53,418 nucleotides of DNA from Candidatus Kuenenia stuttgartensis (GTDB taxonomy: Bacteria > Planctomycetota > Planctomycetia > Pirellulales > UBA1268), in assembly GCA_945883745.1 (NCBI GenBank), contig CAMCYH010000004.1:1-53418 (forward strand), given 5' to 3'. Below the pieces are notes generated by a model. The model was not told where the DNA came from. It did not search any database and saw only the letters and a list, made by a program, of their open reading frames with translations. The position numbers and the translations under genes are program-made. The stretch's first letter is position 1. Each line of letters opens with the position of its first letter. This document shows, one piece after another, positions 12,832 to 21,823 of the stretch.

Positions 12832-13132
12832 CCACATAGCCCCGGGCGCAAGCCCGGGGGCTGCGGTCGCGTCGGCTGTTGCGCATCCCGCGGGCTTGCG
12901 CCCTGCGGCTAGTATTGTGGCCTCGGGTTTCTTGGCGACCCTCCGGTCGCCCGCGTACGCTCGCCCTCCAGGCGGGCGGTGCAGCGGTGTGTCGTATCTA
13001 CAGCACACCACATAGCCCCGGGCGCAAGCCCGGGGGCTGCAGCGGTGTTGGCTGGTGCGTCATCCCGCGGGCTTGCGCCCTACGGCTAGCTGTCGCCGAA
13101 ACCACATAGCCCCGGGCGCAAGCCCGGGGGCT
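12832..13132. repeat. Cluster A of REP-like GC-rich hairpin repeats (two full ~80-bp units plus one half unit)
   Basis: CCACATAGCCCCGGGCGCAAGCCCGGGGGCT occurs at 12832, 13008 and 13102. The inverted partner CATCCCGCGGGCTTGCGCCCT(G/A)CGGCTAG occurs at ~12884 and ~13061. Each half is a hairpin with a GCAA/TTGC loop. The GTGGCCTCGG...CCGCCCTCCAGGCGGGC.GTGCAG spacer is shared with cluster B. Confidence 0.85.
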
Positions 13133-13165
13133 TGTGCGGGCGGCGGTTTGTCGGAAGGTGGTGTG

Positions 13166-14623
13166 ATGGAGCTCTCCTCCCAGGCGCAGGCGTTGGCGGC
13201 GATCATGGCGGTCGTCGTCGCGCTGTGGGTAACCGAAGCATTGCCGTTGCCGGTGACGGCGCTGCTCGGTGTGACTGCCTGCGTGATCGCGGGCGTGGCG
13301 CCGATGGGGGAGGCGTTTGGGCCGTTCGCCCAGCCGCTCGTCTTTCTCTTCATCGGGTCGTTCATGCTCGCCGAGGCGATCCGCGTGCATGGCCTCGACC
13401 GGCGGCTGGCCTACGGCGTGCTCGGCATGCGGTGGATCGACGGACGGCCAATCCGCATTTTGGCCGCGGTCGCCTTTGTGTCGGCCGTAGTGAGTGCCTT
13501 TATCAGCAACACTGCCACCACGGCGATGATGGTGGCGATCGTGACCGGGATGCTGGCCGCGATCGAGGAGGCTGATCGGACGGCGGCCCGGCGGCTCGCG
13601 CCGGAGTTTGGCACCGGGCTGCTGCTCGGTGTGGCCTATGCCGCATCGATTGGCGGGCTGGCGACACCGATCGGCACGCCCCCCAATGTCATCGGGCTCG
13701 CGTTCATTCGCAAGGAGTTGGGCATCGATATCTCGTTCTTCGGCTGGTGCCTCATCGGAGCACCGCTCGCCGCGTTGCTCGTGGCTTTTTCTGTGGTGTT
13801 GTTGTCACGGCTGTTTCCCGCAGGGGTGCGGCACGTGGAGGGGCTCGACAGGCTGGTTGCGGCCGAGCGTCGCGAGCAGGGAGCGTGGACCACGGCCCAG
13901 CGATCAACGGCTGTGGCATTCGGTATCACGGTGGCGCTGTGGGTCGTGCCCGGGATTCTTGCGCTGGTGCTCGGCCAGAAGCACCCCGCGTGTCTCTGGC
14001 TCAACCAGCGGATTCCCGAGGGTCTGGCAGCGCTCGTCGGGGCGATTCTGCTCTTTGTGCTCCCCGGCAACCGGCGGCCCGACGGTTCCTGGCCACGGGT
14101 GCTGCAGTGGAGCGAGGCCGCCCGGATCGATTGGGGCATCATCCTGCTCTATGGTGGCGGGATGGCTCTCGGCGAGATGGCGTTTTCAACGGGACTTGCC
14201 GAATGGATCGGCAGGAGTCTCACCGGCTGGCTGCCGGCAGGGGGCGGTCTGCCACTCTTGCTCGCGGCGACAGTCGTCGCGGTGGCCTGCAGCGAGTTCA
14301 CGAGCAATACGGCCAGCGCCACGATGGTCGTGCCGGTGGCGATCGCCCTCGCCCGGGCGACCGGTGCTGATCCACTTCTTCCGGCGTTGGCAGCGACGTT
14401 TGCCGCGAGCCTTGGCTTCATGATGCCGGTGAGCACGCCTTGCAACGCGATCGTTTACGGCACCGGTCGGATATCACTCCGCGCCATGCTGCGGGGCGGC
14501 GCGATCATCGATGTGGCGGGGGCGCTGCTCGTCACAGCGGCGGTGCTGGTCATGGGCCGCTTCCTGACCAGCGTGGAGCGGCTGCCTCCTCAAAACCCTC
14601 CATCGATGACCGCGCCGCACTGA
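13166..14623 (+). CDS. DASS/SLC13-family anion (di/tricarboxylate or sulfate):sodium symporter
   Basis: MELSSQAQALAAIMAVVVALWVTEALPLPVTALLG... Polytopic, with two SNT hairpin motifs (FISNTATTAMM and FTSNTASATMVVP) characteristic of DASS transporters. Confidence 0.85.
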   Translation: MELSSQAQALAAIMAVVVALWVTEALPLPVTALLGVTACVIAGVAPMGEAFGPFAQPLVFLFIGSFMLAEAIRVHGLDRRLAYGVLGMRWIDGRPIRILAAVAFVSAVVSAFISNTATTAMMVAIVTGMLAAIEEADRTAARRLAPEFGTGLLLGVAYAASIGGLATPIGTPPNVIGLAFIRKELGIDISFFGWCLIGAPLAALLVAFSVVLLSRLFPAGVRHVEGLDRLVAAERREQGAWTTAQRSTAVAFGITVALWVVPGILALVLGQKHPACLWLNQRIPEGLAALVGAILLFVLPGNRRPDGSWPRVLQWSEAARIDWGIILLYGGGMALGEMAFSTGLAEWIGRSLTGWLPAGGGLPLLLAATVVAVACSEFTSNTASATMVVPVAIALARATGADPLLPALAATFAASLGFMMPVSTPCNAIVYGTGRISLRAMLRGGAIIDVAGALLVTAAVLVMGRFLTSVERLPPQNPPSMTAPH

Positions 14624-15003
14624 TGGCAACGGGGTGTGGCCGGCGGCGGGGGGGACGGCAGGTAGCCGTCTCGGGCCCACGTGTTCAGCCGGGGAAAACA
14701 CGACGGCGTCCGCATGCAGTTCTCCCGGGCATAGCGCCGCATGTGGAGTTGTCCGCAGGGATTGGCATGGAAGACACCCGTATGTGGGTCGCAGCAGGGA
14801 TCGCACGATCCCCGCACATTGCCGTGCCATGGTGGCCGCCGCACGTCGCCGCAGTCGCACGGTTCCGGCCCCATGCCTCCCCCAACCGACATCGCAGAAT
14901 CCTCCGTGATCATGATGGTTTCCTGACCGCAGGCCCCCCGGCTCGAGAGGAAGGCGGCGATGCCGACAATCATGATGGCGATGACAGAACGAGGCAGAGA
15001 CAC
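14590..15003 (-). CDS. Hypothetical small secreted Cys-rich protein (tentative)
   Basis: 137-aa ORF with a GTG start and an N-terminal hydrophobic signal-like segment (VIAIMIVGIAAFLSS). Its mature part contains 12 Cys (CDCGD, CDPCCDP, and others). About 75% GC3 by hand count. It lies downstream of the lipoprotein gene on the same strand and overlaps the DASS 3' end by 34 nt. I recognised no homolog. Confidence 0.35.
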   Translation of the reverse strand: MSLPRSVIAIMIVGIAAFLSSRGACGQETIMITEDSAMSVGGGMGPEPCDCGDVRRPPWHGNVRGSCDPCCDPHTGVFHANPCGQLHMRRYARENCMRTPSCFPRLNTWARDGYLPSPPPPATPRCHQCGAVIDGGF

Positions 15004-15121
15004 GGCTCATGGCTCCAATGTGCAGGTGACGGCCCCAGTGCCAACCACCACTGGTAGGATCGGCCATCAGTGACAGCCTCGTGAGAGGTGGGGCAAAACG
15101 GTCAGGATGTGCGGATTGAAC

Positions 15122-16888
15122 CTAATCCACTACCACGTCTTCCAGCCGAAGGCACTCCACTCCGTCCGGCGTGGCGAGCACCACGTGGCCGATCCCATTC
15201 GCCCGGAAACCGCCAAGTCCGACGAGTGGCCTGCCATGTGAGTAGCGGCCCACCGCGTCACCGTCAGCCCGGTAGATCGTGATCGATCCGTCGGGTTCGG
15301 CAACCAGCCACTGCCACCGCTTCGACCCGATCAGATCTGCCCAGGCGACCGGCACGTCGCGAGGCTTTCGCGGGTGGCGGAACGCCGGATGGTCCTCGGT
15401 GGTCTGCACGGCCACCGGTGTGCCTGCCGCACCGTCGGCAGATACCATCACCAGCCGTCCGTCGCTGGTCACGGCAGCCAATTGAGGTGTCTGGTCATCC
15501 GCTGGCCAGGGAGCAATCGACGTGACTGCCGGCGGCTGGCGATCTGCCCAGAGCCGATTGCCATCGAGATCGGCCCATTCAAGGCCGCGACGGCCAGCGA
15601 AGTCAACGACGATTTCCGGGGAGCCGTCATCGTCAGTGTCGATGAGATGGGCGTCACGAATCCCCGGATGGTCACCGCTTCCGGGCGGAGGATAGCTGGC
15701 ATGGAAGGTCCATGCCTTGTCGAAAAGAAAGACCTGCTGACCACCAGTGGTGCCGCCGAGCCACCAGCGGTGGCCCTCCCGATCGACACCCGTGCGTAGG
15801 AATTCGACGGTGGCTCCTTTTGGAAGCACGAGCTCGTGACGGGCCAGTTTCTGACCGGTGGCATCCAACTCGACCACGCTCTGCCAGCCGTCGAGCACCG
15901 CGATCCGCGGAGCGGCTGCGGCGGTCTCGTCGCCCTCAGGGTGCTCCGCGGCGGCTGGCTGTTCGTCGTAGCAGACCAGATTGCCCGGCAGACCGATGCC
16001 ATCGCTGCGCCATGCTTTAACCAGTTTGAATCCGTCCGGCTGTTGGCGTGGAGCGATGACCCGCCCGGGGGCCGCCGTGTTCGGCTCGGATCCTTTGGCG
16101 GCATTGGCGACTGCCGCGGGGTCGAGCTGGGCGACGCGCACCGCCCCCTCGGGAATCGAGAGCGCGAAGGCTGTATCCGGAACTGGTTTTACGAACGCTG
16201 CGTCTGTGAAATCGACGATCACCGACACGCCGGTCACCGTGCCAGACTCCTCCGATATCTGGCGGGCATAGGCATCGGTGGGGATGGATATCCGTCGGAG
16301 CAGGTGCTCCTTGCGGTCGATCCAGAGCGAGAGCCGGCCTTCCGGCTTGTCGATGTCGATGCGGGTGCATGGGTGGCCGTCGATCGGCTCGGTGCCGGCA
16401 ATCCGCGGGGGCGACGTGGCTTCGCCGCTGATCAATTCCATCGTGTCGTCGGCGAGCAGGAGCGCCAGCTGTGTCGGGAGACCGGCGTCGCCCTCGGCCA
16501 GTGCCACCCTCACCTGTTCATCGGCCACGATCTGGTCGAGGGCGAGCGGAGTCTTCACCGGCTCGCTGAGCACCTGCCCCGGTACGCCGCCGACGGTGGC
16601 CAGGAGTGTCGTGCCGTCGGCAACGATGCGGGCGTCGTAGCATTCGATCCGCACGAGGTCGGGTCTGGCGAAGGCCACTCGGAAGGGAATCGTCCGCTCC
16701 GTTGTCGCGTCGCCGCGGATGAAGGCCACCCGCACCCGGGCATTGTCGGAGTAGGTCTTGGCCTCGCGGTAGGCCTTCGCGGTGGCGTCGAGCACCACCT
16801 GGGGATCGGCGGTGCAGCCGGTCAGGAGGGCAAGCATGACGGCTGGCAACCAGCGGCCATGGCGGAGAAGTGGATTCATGGAGGGCAT
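15122..16888 (-). CDS. Putative lipoprotein with a LolA-like N-terminal region and a beta-propeller/FG-GAP-like C-terminal region
   Basis: The start region MPSMNPLLRHGRWLPAVMLALLTGC contains a lipobox (LTGC). The C-terminal part has repeated beta-strand-rich segments and a DTDDDGSPEIVVDF calcium-loop-like motif. Start chosen at 16888 (alternatives 16879 and 16951). Confidence 0.6.
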   Translation of the reverse strand: MPSMNPLLRHGRWLPAVMLALLTGCTADPQVVLDATAKAYREAKTYSDNARVRVAFIRGDATTERTIPFRVAFARPDLVRIECYDARIVADGTTLLATVGGVPGQVLSEPVKTPLALDQIVADEQVRVALAEGDAGLPTQLALLLADDTMELISGEATSPPRIAGTEPIDGHPCTRIDIDKPEGRLSLWIDRKEHLLRRISIPTDAYARQISEESGTVTGVSVIVDFTDAAFVKPVPDTAFALSIPEGAVRVAQLDPAAVANAAKGSEPNTAAPGRVIAPRQQPDGFKLVKAWRSDGIGLPGNLVCYDEQPAAAEHPEGDETAAAAPRIAVLDGWQSVVELDATGQKLARHELVLPKGATVEFLRTGVDREGHRWWLGGTTGGQQVFLFDKAWTFHASYPPPGSGDHPGIRDAHLIDTDDDGSPEIVVDFAGRRGLEWADLDGNRLWADRQPPAVTSIAPWPADDQTPQLAAVTSDGRLVMVSADGAAGTPVAVQTTEDHPAFRHPRKPRDVPVAWADLIGSKRWQWLVAEPDGSITIYRADGDAVGRYSHGRPLVGLGGFRANGIGHVVLATPDGVECLRLEDVVVD

Positions 16889-16932
16889 GATGCCGCATCG
16901 CCTGCAAACCGTACAATGCGAGTTCTTCACCA

Positions 16933-18123
16933 ATGGCCACTCGAAAGACACCGTTGATCTCCCTCGACTATGGCGGCGATGAGCCGCTCCCGCTCGCGCC
17001 CCGCGCGGGTCGTCTGATCGCCGACTGCCGTGGACCAGAAGGGGTCACGGGGGACGCAGCCGGTCGGCTGGTCGCCGAGGCTCTCGCCGATGAGACGCAT
17101 GCACCGCGGCTGGCGTTGCACGTGGTTCCCGGAGACCGCGTGGTGATCGCCTTGGCCGGCGACATTCCCGAGCGGGAAGCAGTCGTGCTGGCAATTCACC
17201 GCTGCCTGGAGGTCGGGGGAACCGCGCCGGCCGATATCACGGTCGTCGACACCGCTCCCGAGCAGGATGCCGACACGGCCTACCTCGCCGCCGACGAAGA
17301 GGGCCTGCCCTGTTACCTGTCACGACTCCTGGTCGATGCGGATGTCGTCGTTGCTGTCGGAGGATTCTCCTGGGATGCATCTCTGGCAGGGCGGTCGCTC
17401 GCAGGCGAACTGTGGCCGACCTTCTCACGGCCCGAGAGCCGGCAGCAACTTGTTTGCCAGCTCGCCCGTCGGGGACGGTTGGCGCTTCCCACGTGGCGGA
17501 CGGCGATGCAGCAGATCGACTGGAGCCTTGGCGTGACGGCAGGCTTGCGACTGGTGGCGGGCCGCCACGGTACGCTCGCCGCGGCGGCCTTTGGGCTGCC
17601 GGCCGCCGCCCGCCAGGCGGCTCGGCAACTGGCTGAGCCATGGCGGCCAATCGTTGACCGGGAGGCTGCTGTCACGATCGCCTCCATGAGCCGTCCGCTC
17701 GCAGCGAGTGCGACTGGCGGCCCGGGGGGAGCAGGCCGGCTCGATGCAGCGGGCAGAGCCGTCGCGGCGGCAGCTCGCGTGACGCATGACGATGGAACGA
17801 TCTGCCTTGTCGGACATCTGGCGGCCGAGCCGGGCATCATTTTCTCGCGGTGGCGGCAGGGAGCACCCCTGCAGGGGCTCGTGCGCGAGGCGGTCGCTAC
17901 AAAGGATCAACAGCTCATCGCCGAGGCGTCACAGACGCGGCTCTTTGCCAGGGCGCTGGGTGATCGGCGGCTGGTGCTGCTCACCGATATGACCGAGACG
18001 CTCGCGGAAGATTTGGAGTTTGGTTATGCCGAGTCGCCGGAGGACGTGGCCCGGCTGGCCGCCAAGGCTGAGAGCCTGATCGTGCTGCACGAGGCGGATT
18101 TGATGCTGCCGAGGGTGAGGTGA
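16933..18123 (+). CDS. Hypothetical protein, possibly DUF2088 / LarA-N-terminal-like
   Basis: 396-aa ORF with good GC3. The N-terminal pattern (PLISLDYGGDEPLPL...VVPGDRVVIALAGDIP...ADITVV) loosely resembles lactate-racemase-like DUF2088 proteins. The family call is weak. Confidence 0.4.
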   Translation: MATRKTPLISLDYGGDEPLPLAPRAGRLIADCRGPEGVTGDAAGRLVAEALADETHAPRLALHVVPGDRVVIALAGDIPEREAVVLAIHRCLEVGGTAPADITVVDTAPEQDADTAYLAADEEGLPCYLSRLLVDADVVVAVGGFSWDASLAGRSLAGELWPTFSRPESRQQLVCQLARRGRLALPTWRTAMQQIDWSLGVTAGLRLVAGRHGTLAAAAFGLPAAARQAARQLAEPWRPIVDREAAVTIASMSRPLAASATGGPGGAGRLDAAGRAVAAAARVTHDDGTICLVGHLAAEPGIIFSRWRQGAPLQGLVREAVATKDQQLIAEASQTRLFARALGDRRLVLLTDMTETLAEDLEFGYAESPEDVARLAAKAESLIVLHEADLMLPRVR

Positions 18124-18390
18124 CGCGTATCCCGCGGGCTTGCGGCTAGCTTCACGCGAGCCTCGCCGTCGTGGCCTCGGCTCGCTTGGCGAACATCCGT
18201 TCGCTCTTGAAGGCCCGCCCTCCAGGCGGGCAGTGCAGGGTGACGCGTATCCCGCGGGCTTGCGCCCAGCGGCTGGGTAGGAACAGCGTGCTTGTGTCCC
18301 CACCAATCCACCCAGCCCCGAGCGCAAGCCCGGGGGCTGCTGCGGCGCTAGCTGGTGCGTCATCCCGCGGGCTTGCGCCCTGCGGCTTAG
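18119..18390. repeat. Cluster B of the same REP-like repeat family, filling the whole convergent intergenic gap
   Basis: GGTGACGCGTATCCCGCGGGCTTGCG is repeated exactly at 18119-18144 and 18239-18264 (120-bp period). A full ~80-bp unit CCACCCAGCCCCGAGCGCAAGCCCGGGGGCTGC...CATCCCGCGGGCTTGCGCCCTGCGGCTTAG lies at ~18309-18390. The array touches both flanking stop codons (TGA 18121-18123, TAA complement 18387-18389). Confidence 0.85.
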
Positions 18391-19346
18391 TGGGGAAGGA
18401 GACGATGCTGCAATGTGGTCGTGGGAAGCGGGCCCCAGTGCCGGGAGTCTCGGCTGCCGGAAGGAAAGTCGCCGAGCACAAACACCTCGCCCGGCCCGAC
18501 CCGCCACGACGCCGTGCCATCCGCAGGCGCGCGATGGAATACATCCCGCCAGATGATGCACCGCTCCAGGCAGCGGTCGCTTGCTGCCGGATCGAGTGAA
18601 CGGCCGTCAGTCATGAGGCTCAAGCCGAGCGGTACCGTCGAGTCGCTGCGATCTGATTCCATCCACGGCTCGGCGATCTGCCATGCCTCCGGTGGATGCG
18701 GAGGCAGGGCGGAGCGGCCTGTCGTAGCGGGTAAATTGCTGAGGCTCCAGGCGGCGCCGACTCGGTGGCCGTCGAGCCGACCGGCGACGAGGGCAAAGCG
18801 GCCTGTCGGGAGAGACCACCGGATGACACGACCGCCCACACGAACTGCGGCGGTGAGCGGGGCCTGCGATGTTGCGTCGATCACCGCCGTGAGCCCAAGA
18901 TCGCGCACCGGCATCAGTCGGCGGGATTCATCAGGGGCAAAATCGGCATCGTCGTAGACGCGCGCGCTGGCAAAGACTCGTTGCCAGCGGCCGGGGCCAA
19001 CGTCACCGGCCGCCACCACGGAGGCGACTTCGGCAAGAAGCAGGGGCGTGGTGAGCACGGCTTCGTCGTTGATGAACAGGTCGCCGCCGACAATGCGCAC
19101 CGTCTCCCCCGGCAGACCGACGATCCGCTTGAGGATCGGCGTGCTCTCCAGGGTGGCGAGCAGCCAGCGGTCGAATCGCCTCGGTCCGCGAAGCCGGTCG
19201 GCCTGCGGGAGCCAGCCCGATGAGACAACGTCCCCCGGCCAAAGGGCAGGAGCCATCGAGAGGCCGTCGACCTCGTGGCGGCGCGGGGCGGCGACGACCG
19301 CAAGAGCGCAGAAAAAAATGGGTCCAACAAGCAGAAGGCGGCGCAT
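18387..19346 (-). CDS. lepB: Signal peptidase I (S26 family)
   Basis: N-terminal TM segment. Catalytic Ser box DGLSMAPAL, Lys box KRIVGLPGETV, GDLFIND, and C-terminal VFVLGDFPSGSRDSRHWGPLP (the GDN..S.DSR box). Confidence 0.85.
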   Translation of the reverse strand: MRRLLLVGPIFFCALAVVAAPRRHEVDGLSMAPALWPGDVVSSGWLPQADRLRGPRRFDRWLLATLESTPILKRIVGLPGETVRIVGGDLFINDEAVLTTPLLLAEVASVVAAGDVGPGRWQRVFASARVYDDADFAPDESRRLMPVRDLGLTAVIDATSQAPLTAAVRVGGRVIRWSLPTGRFALVAGRLDGHRVGAAWSLSNLPATTGRSALPPHPPEAWQIAEPWMESDRSDSTVPLGLSLMTDGRSLDPAASDRCLERCIIWRDVFHRAPADGTASWRVGPGEVFVLGDFPSGSRDSRHWGPLPTTTLQHRLLPH

Positions 19347-19358
19347 CGGAGGCCAAGC

Positions 19359-20492
19359 CTACACGTTCACCCACTGATGCGACTTCGCGCTGGCGAGCAC
19401 CGCATCGCAGACCTTCTGCGTCTCGAGCGCATCGCGAAACGTCGGATGGCAGGGCTGCTTCTTGGCATAGGACTCGAGGAAGTCGGCCACCTGGTGAACG
19501 AACGAATGCTCGTAGCCGATCGCCAGCCCCGGCACCCACCATTTGCCCATATAGGGATGGTCGCCGTCGGTCACATGCACGCTCTTCCAGCCCCGCTCGG
19601 GCCCGGCATCGTTGTAATCAAACACCTGCAGACGGTGCAGGTCATGCAGATCCCACTTCAGGCTCATGTTCTCACCATTGATCTCGAAGGTGTAGAGCGC
19701 CTTGTGGCCGCGGGCATACCGCGTGCTCTCGAAGAGGCCGAGCGAACCGTTCTTGAAGTGGCAGAGAAACGAACAGGCATCGTCGATCTCGACAGGCTCC
19801 ACCTTGCCGGTGAGCTGGTGCGTCCGCTCCTTCACAAATGTCTCCGTCATCGCCGTCACGTCCTGGACCGTGCCGTTGAGCCAGATCGCCGTGTCGATGC
19901 AGTGGGCCAAGAGGTCGCCTGTCACACCACTGCCGGCCGCCTTGGCATCAAGCCGCCACAGGGCCGCACCCCCCTGCGGGAGATCGGCGTTGATCGTCCA
20001 GTCCTGGAGGAACTCGGCCCGGTAGTGGAACACGCGGCCCAGGCGACCAGAGTCGATCAGCTGCTTGGCAAACGTGACGGCTGGAATGCGGCGGTAGTTG
20101 TACCAGACGGTATTGGGCACACCGGCCTTCTCCACCGCCGCGCACATCCGCTCTCCCTCGGCCGTGTCCATCGAAAGCGGTTTCTCGCAGAGGATCGCCT
20201 TGCCATGCTTGGCCGCCTCAATCGCAATTTCGGCATGGAGGTTGTTGGGCGTGCAGATGTCGATCGCATCGATGTCGTCGGCCGCCACGAGCTTCCGCCA
20301 GTCGGTCTCCACTCGGGTATAGCCCCAGCGGTCGGCGAAGGCCTGTGCCTTGTCGGCGTCGCGGGCGGCCACGGCCTGCAGCTTCGGCAGGTATTCGAGG
20401 TCGAAGAAGTCCTTGACCCGGTTGTAGCCATTGGAGTGGGCGCGGCCCATGAAGCCGTAGCCGATCATGCCGATGCGGAGCTGTTTTGCCAT
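19359..20492 (-). CDS. Gfo/Idh/MocA-family NAD(P)-dependent oxidoreductase
   Basis: [23 protein letters not shown] Rossmann N-terminus, ICTPNNLH and the AILCEKPL motif. The ATG at 20492 was verified on the complement. The ORF-track extension to 20594 is non-conserved. Confidence 0.9.
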   Translation of the reverse strand: MAKQLRIGMIGYGFMGRAHSNGYNRVKDFFDLEYLPKLQAVAARDADKAQAFADRWGYTRVETDWRKLVAADDIDAIDICTPNNLHAEIAIEAAKHGKAILCEKPLSMDTAEGERMCAAVEKAGVPNTVWYNYRRIPAVTFAKQLIDSGRLGRVFHYRAEFLQDWTINADLPQGGAALWRLDAKAAGSGVTGDLLAHCIDTAIWLNGTVQDVTAMTETFVKERTHQLTGKVEPVEIDDACSFLCHFKNGSLGLFESTRYARGHKALYTFEINGENMSLKWDLHDLHRLQVFDYNDAGPERGWKSVHVTDGDHPYMGKWWVPGLAIGYEHSFVHQVADFLESYAKKQPCHPTFRDALETQKVCDAVLASAKSHQWVNV

Positions 20493-20725
20493 CGCTGGGA
20501 TCCTTTCTTGCGGTCGGTTGTGGTGATGAATCGTGGGTGATGGTCCGGCTCGGGGGCGGCAAAAGTCTCGTCGCGGGGCGAGGATACGCCCCACGCTCCT
20601 CGAGCGTTCGCCGACCCCCTTGCCTTTACGTTTCGCTGCTCATACTCATTTGCATTCGAGGGCGTCCCGGGGGTGACGCTTTGCAGTCGGACCGAAAAAG
20701 ATAGGCGAGGCTTTTTCGCTTGAAA

Positions 20726-21760
20726 CTAGTTCCAGCCGTGGGCGTCACGGACGGCGATCATGGTTTTGAGGATGGTGTTCCAGGTGTTCGGGTCTTCCAG
20801 GGTTGCGTTGGGGAACATGCAGCCGTCCCAGCAGATGTGCCTGATGCCGCGGTCGGCCGCCCCTTCAAGCCACTCGCCCGAGCAATTCACGATGTCGAGC
20901 TTGCCCCGCGGGTCGTCGGCCCGGCAGTGCTTTCCCGTCTTGTCATGGGAGCCGGCGCCATGGACCTCGCCGTCGTTTTGGGCCACATGAAAGTCGATCG
21001 TCCACGGCCGCAGCTTCGCGACCATCTCCTTGTAAGCCGGCCAGAACTCGGCTTCTGTGTAGCCCGGTTGCACGAGAGCATGCTCGAACGCGTTGTAGCC
21101 GAGCAGATAGAGATAGGTGTGGGCCAGGTCGGCCTGGAAGCCGAGCGTTTCCGGCATACCAACCTCCTCGAGCAGATCGAGCATGTCCTTCCAGGAATGC
21201 ATACCAGCCCAGCAGATCTCCCCCTCGGCCGCCAGTCGCTGGCCATTGTCCTGGGCGATCTTCGCCGCCTCGCGAAACGTCTCCGCGATCTTCGCCGTAT
21301 TGGCCTGCGGGTGCTCCCGCCACTTGGCCACACCAAATTCGGCCGAGTCGATCCGGATCACGCCGTACTTCCGCACGCCATGCTTCTCAAACACCTTCGC
21401 GATCCGGCAGGCCATCTTCACAGCAGAGAGAAACTTTTCGCGGGCGGCCGCGTCGCCCATCGCCGAATCGCCCACGGTGCCCGGCCACACCGGCGCCACC
21501 AGGGAGCCGACGGCGAACCCGTGCGAAGCGATCAGGTCGGCAATTTTCGTCAGTTCGGCGTCGCTCGCCTCGGGATTGGTGTGGGGGAGAAAGAGGAAGT
21601 AGTCGATGCCGTCAAACTTCTGGCCGTCCACTTCAGCGGCGGCGGTGAGCTCCAGCATTCGCTCGAGCGAGATCGGCGGTTCCTGGCCGGGATCGGTGCC
21701 CTTGCCGACGAGGCCGGGCCACATGGCGTTGTGGAGTTTGGGGGCGGAGTGCTTGGGCAT
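20726..21760 (-). CDS. Sugar phosphate isomerase/epimerase (xylose-isomerase-like TIM barrel)
   Basis: 344-aa [23 protein letters not shown].... Its length, pattern and pairing with a Gfo/Idh/MocA gene are typical of AP-endonuclease-2 / xylose-isomerase-like TIM-barrel proteins. Confidence 0.8.
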   Translation of the reverse strand: MPKHSAPKLHNAMWPGLVGKGTDPGQEPPISLERMLELTAAAEVDGQKFDGIDYFLFLPHTNPEASDAELTKIADLIASHGFAVGSLVAPVWPGTVGDSAMGDAAAREKFLSAVKMACRIAKVFEKHGVRKYGVIRIDSAEFGVAKWREHPQANTAKIAETFREAAKIAQDNGQRLAAEGEICWAGMHSWKDMLDLLEEVGMPETLGFQADLAHTYLYLLGYNAFEHALVQPGYTEAEFWPAYKEMVAKLRPWTIDFHVAQNDGEVHGAGSHDKTGKHCRADDPRGKLDIVNCSGEWLEGAADRGIRHICWDGCMFPNATLEDPNTWNTILKTMIAVRDAHGWN

Positions 21761-21823
21761 GGGGCGTTCCTGGGCGTGGGCGAATTTCGATTTCTAGAAA
21801 ATCTCAGTCAGGGGCGGCGGCTC

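Noticed and set aside
9976-13011. 1011-aa ORF on the minus strand spanning the whole ppdK region.
   Set aside because: It is an antisense shadow ORF typical of high-GC DNA. The plus-strand frame encodes a full-length, motif-perfect PPDK, while the minus-strand product is low-complexity (Arg/Gly/Leu/His-rich) with no recognisable domain.
12832-13132. Possible CRISPR array, given the repeated ~30-bp palindromic sequences.
   Set aside because: The repeats occur in both orientations with irregular spacing. The spacers are themselves homologous between loci. Copy numbers are tiny, and no cas genes or leader are present. This is REP/BIME-like organisation, not CRISPR.
14440-15067. Alternative overlapping ORFs (14440-15057 +, 14474-15067 -, 14634-14909 +) in the gap after the DASS gene.
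   Set aside because: They have no signal peptide, motif or better codon bias than the Cys-rich minus-strand ORF. Even that ORF is only tentatively kept, so at most one can be real.
20693-20718. Hairpin CGAAAAAG-N10-CTTTTTCG just downstream of the TIM-barrel gene stop, considered as an intrinsic terminator.
   Set aside because: The stem is A/T-rich and weak and is not followed by a clean U-tract on the transcribed (minus) strand. It is not convincing without transcript-end data.
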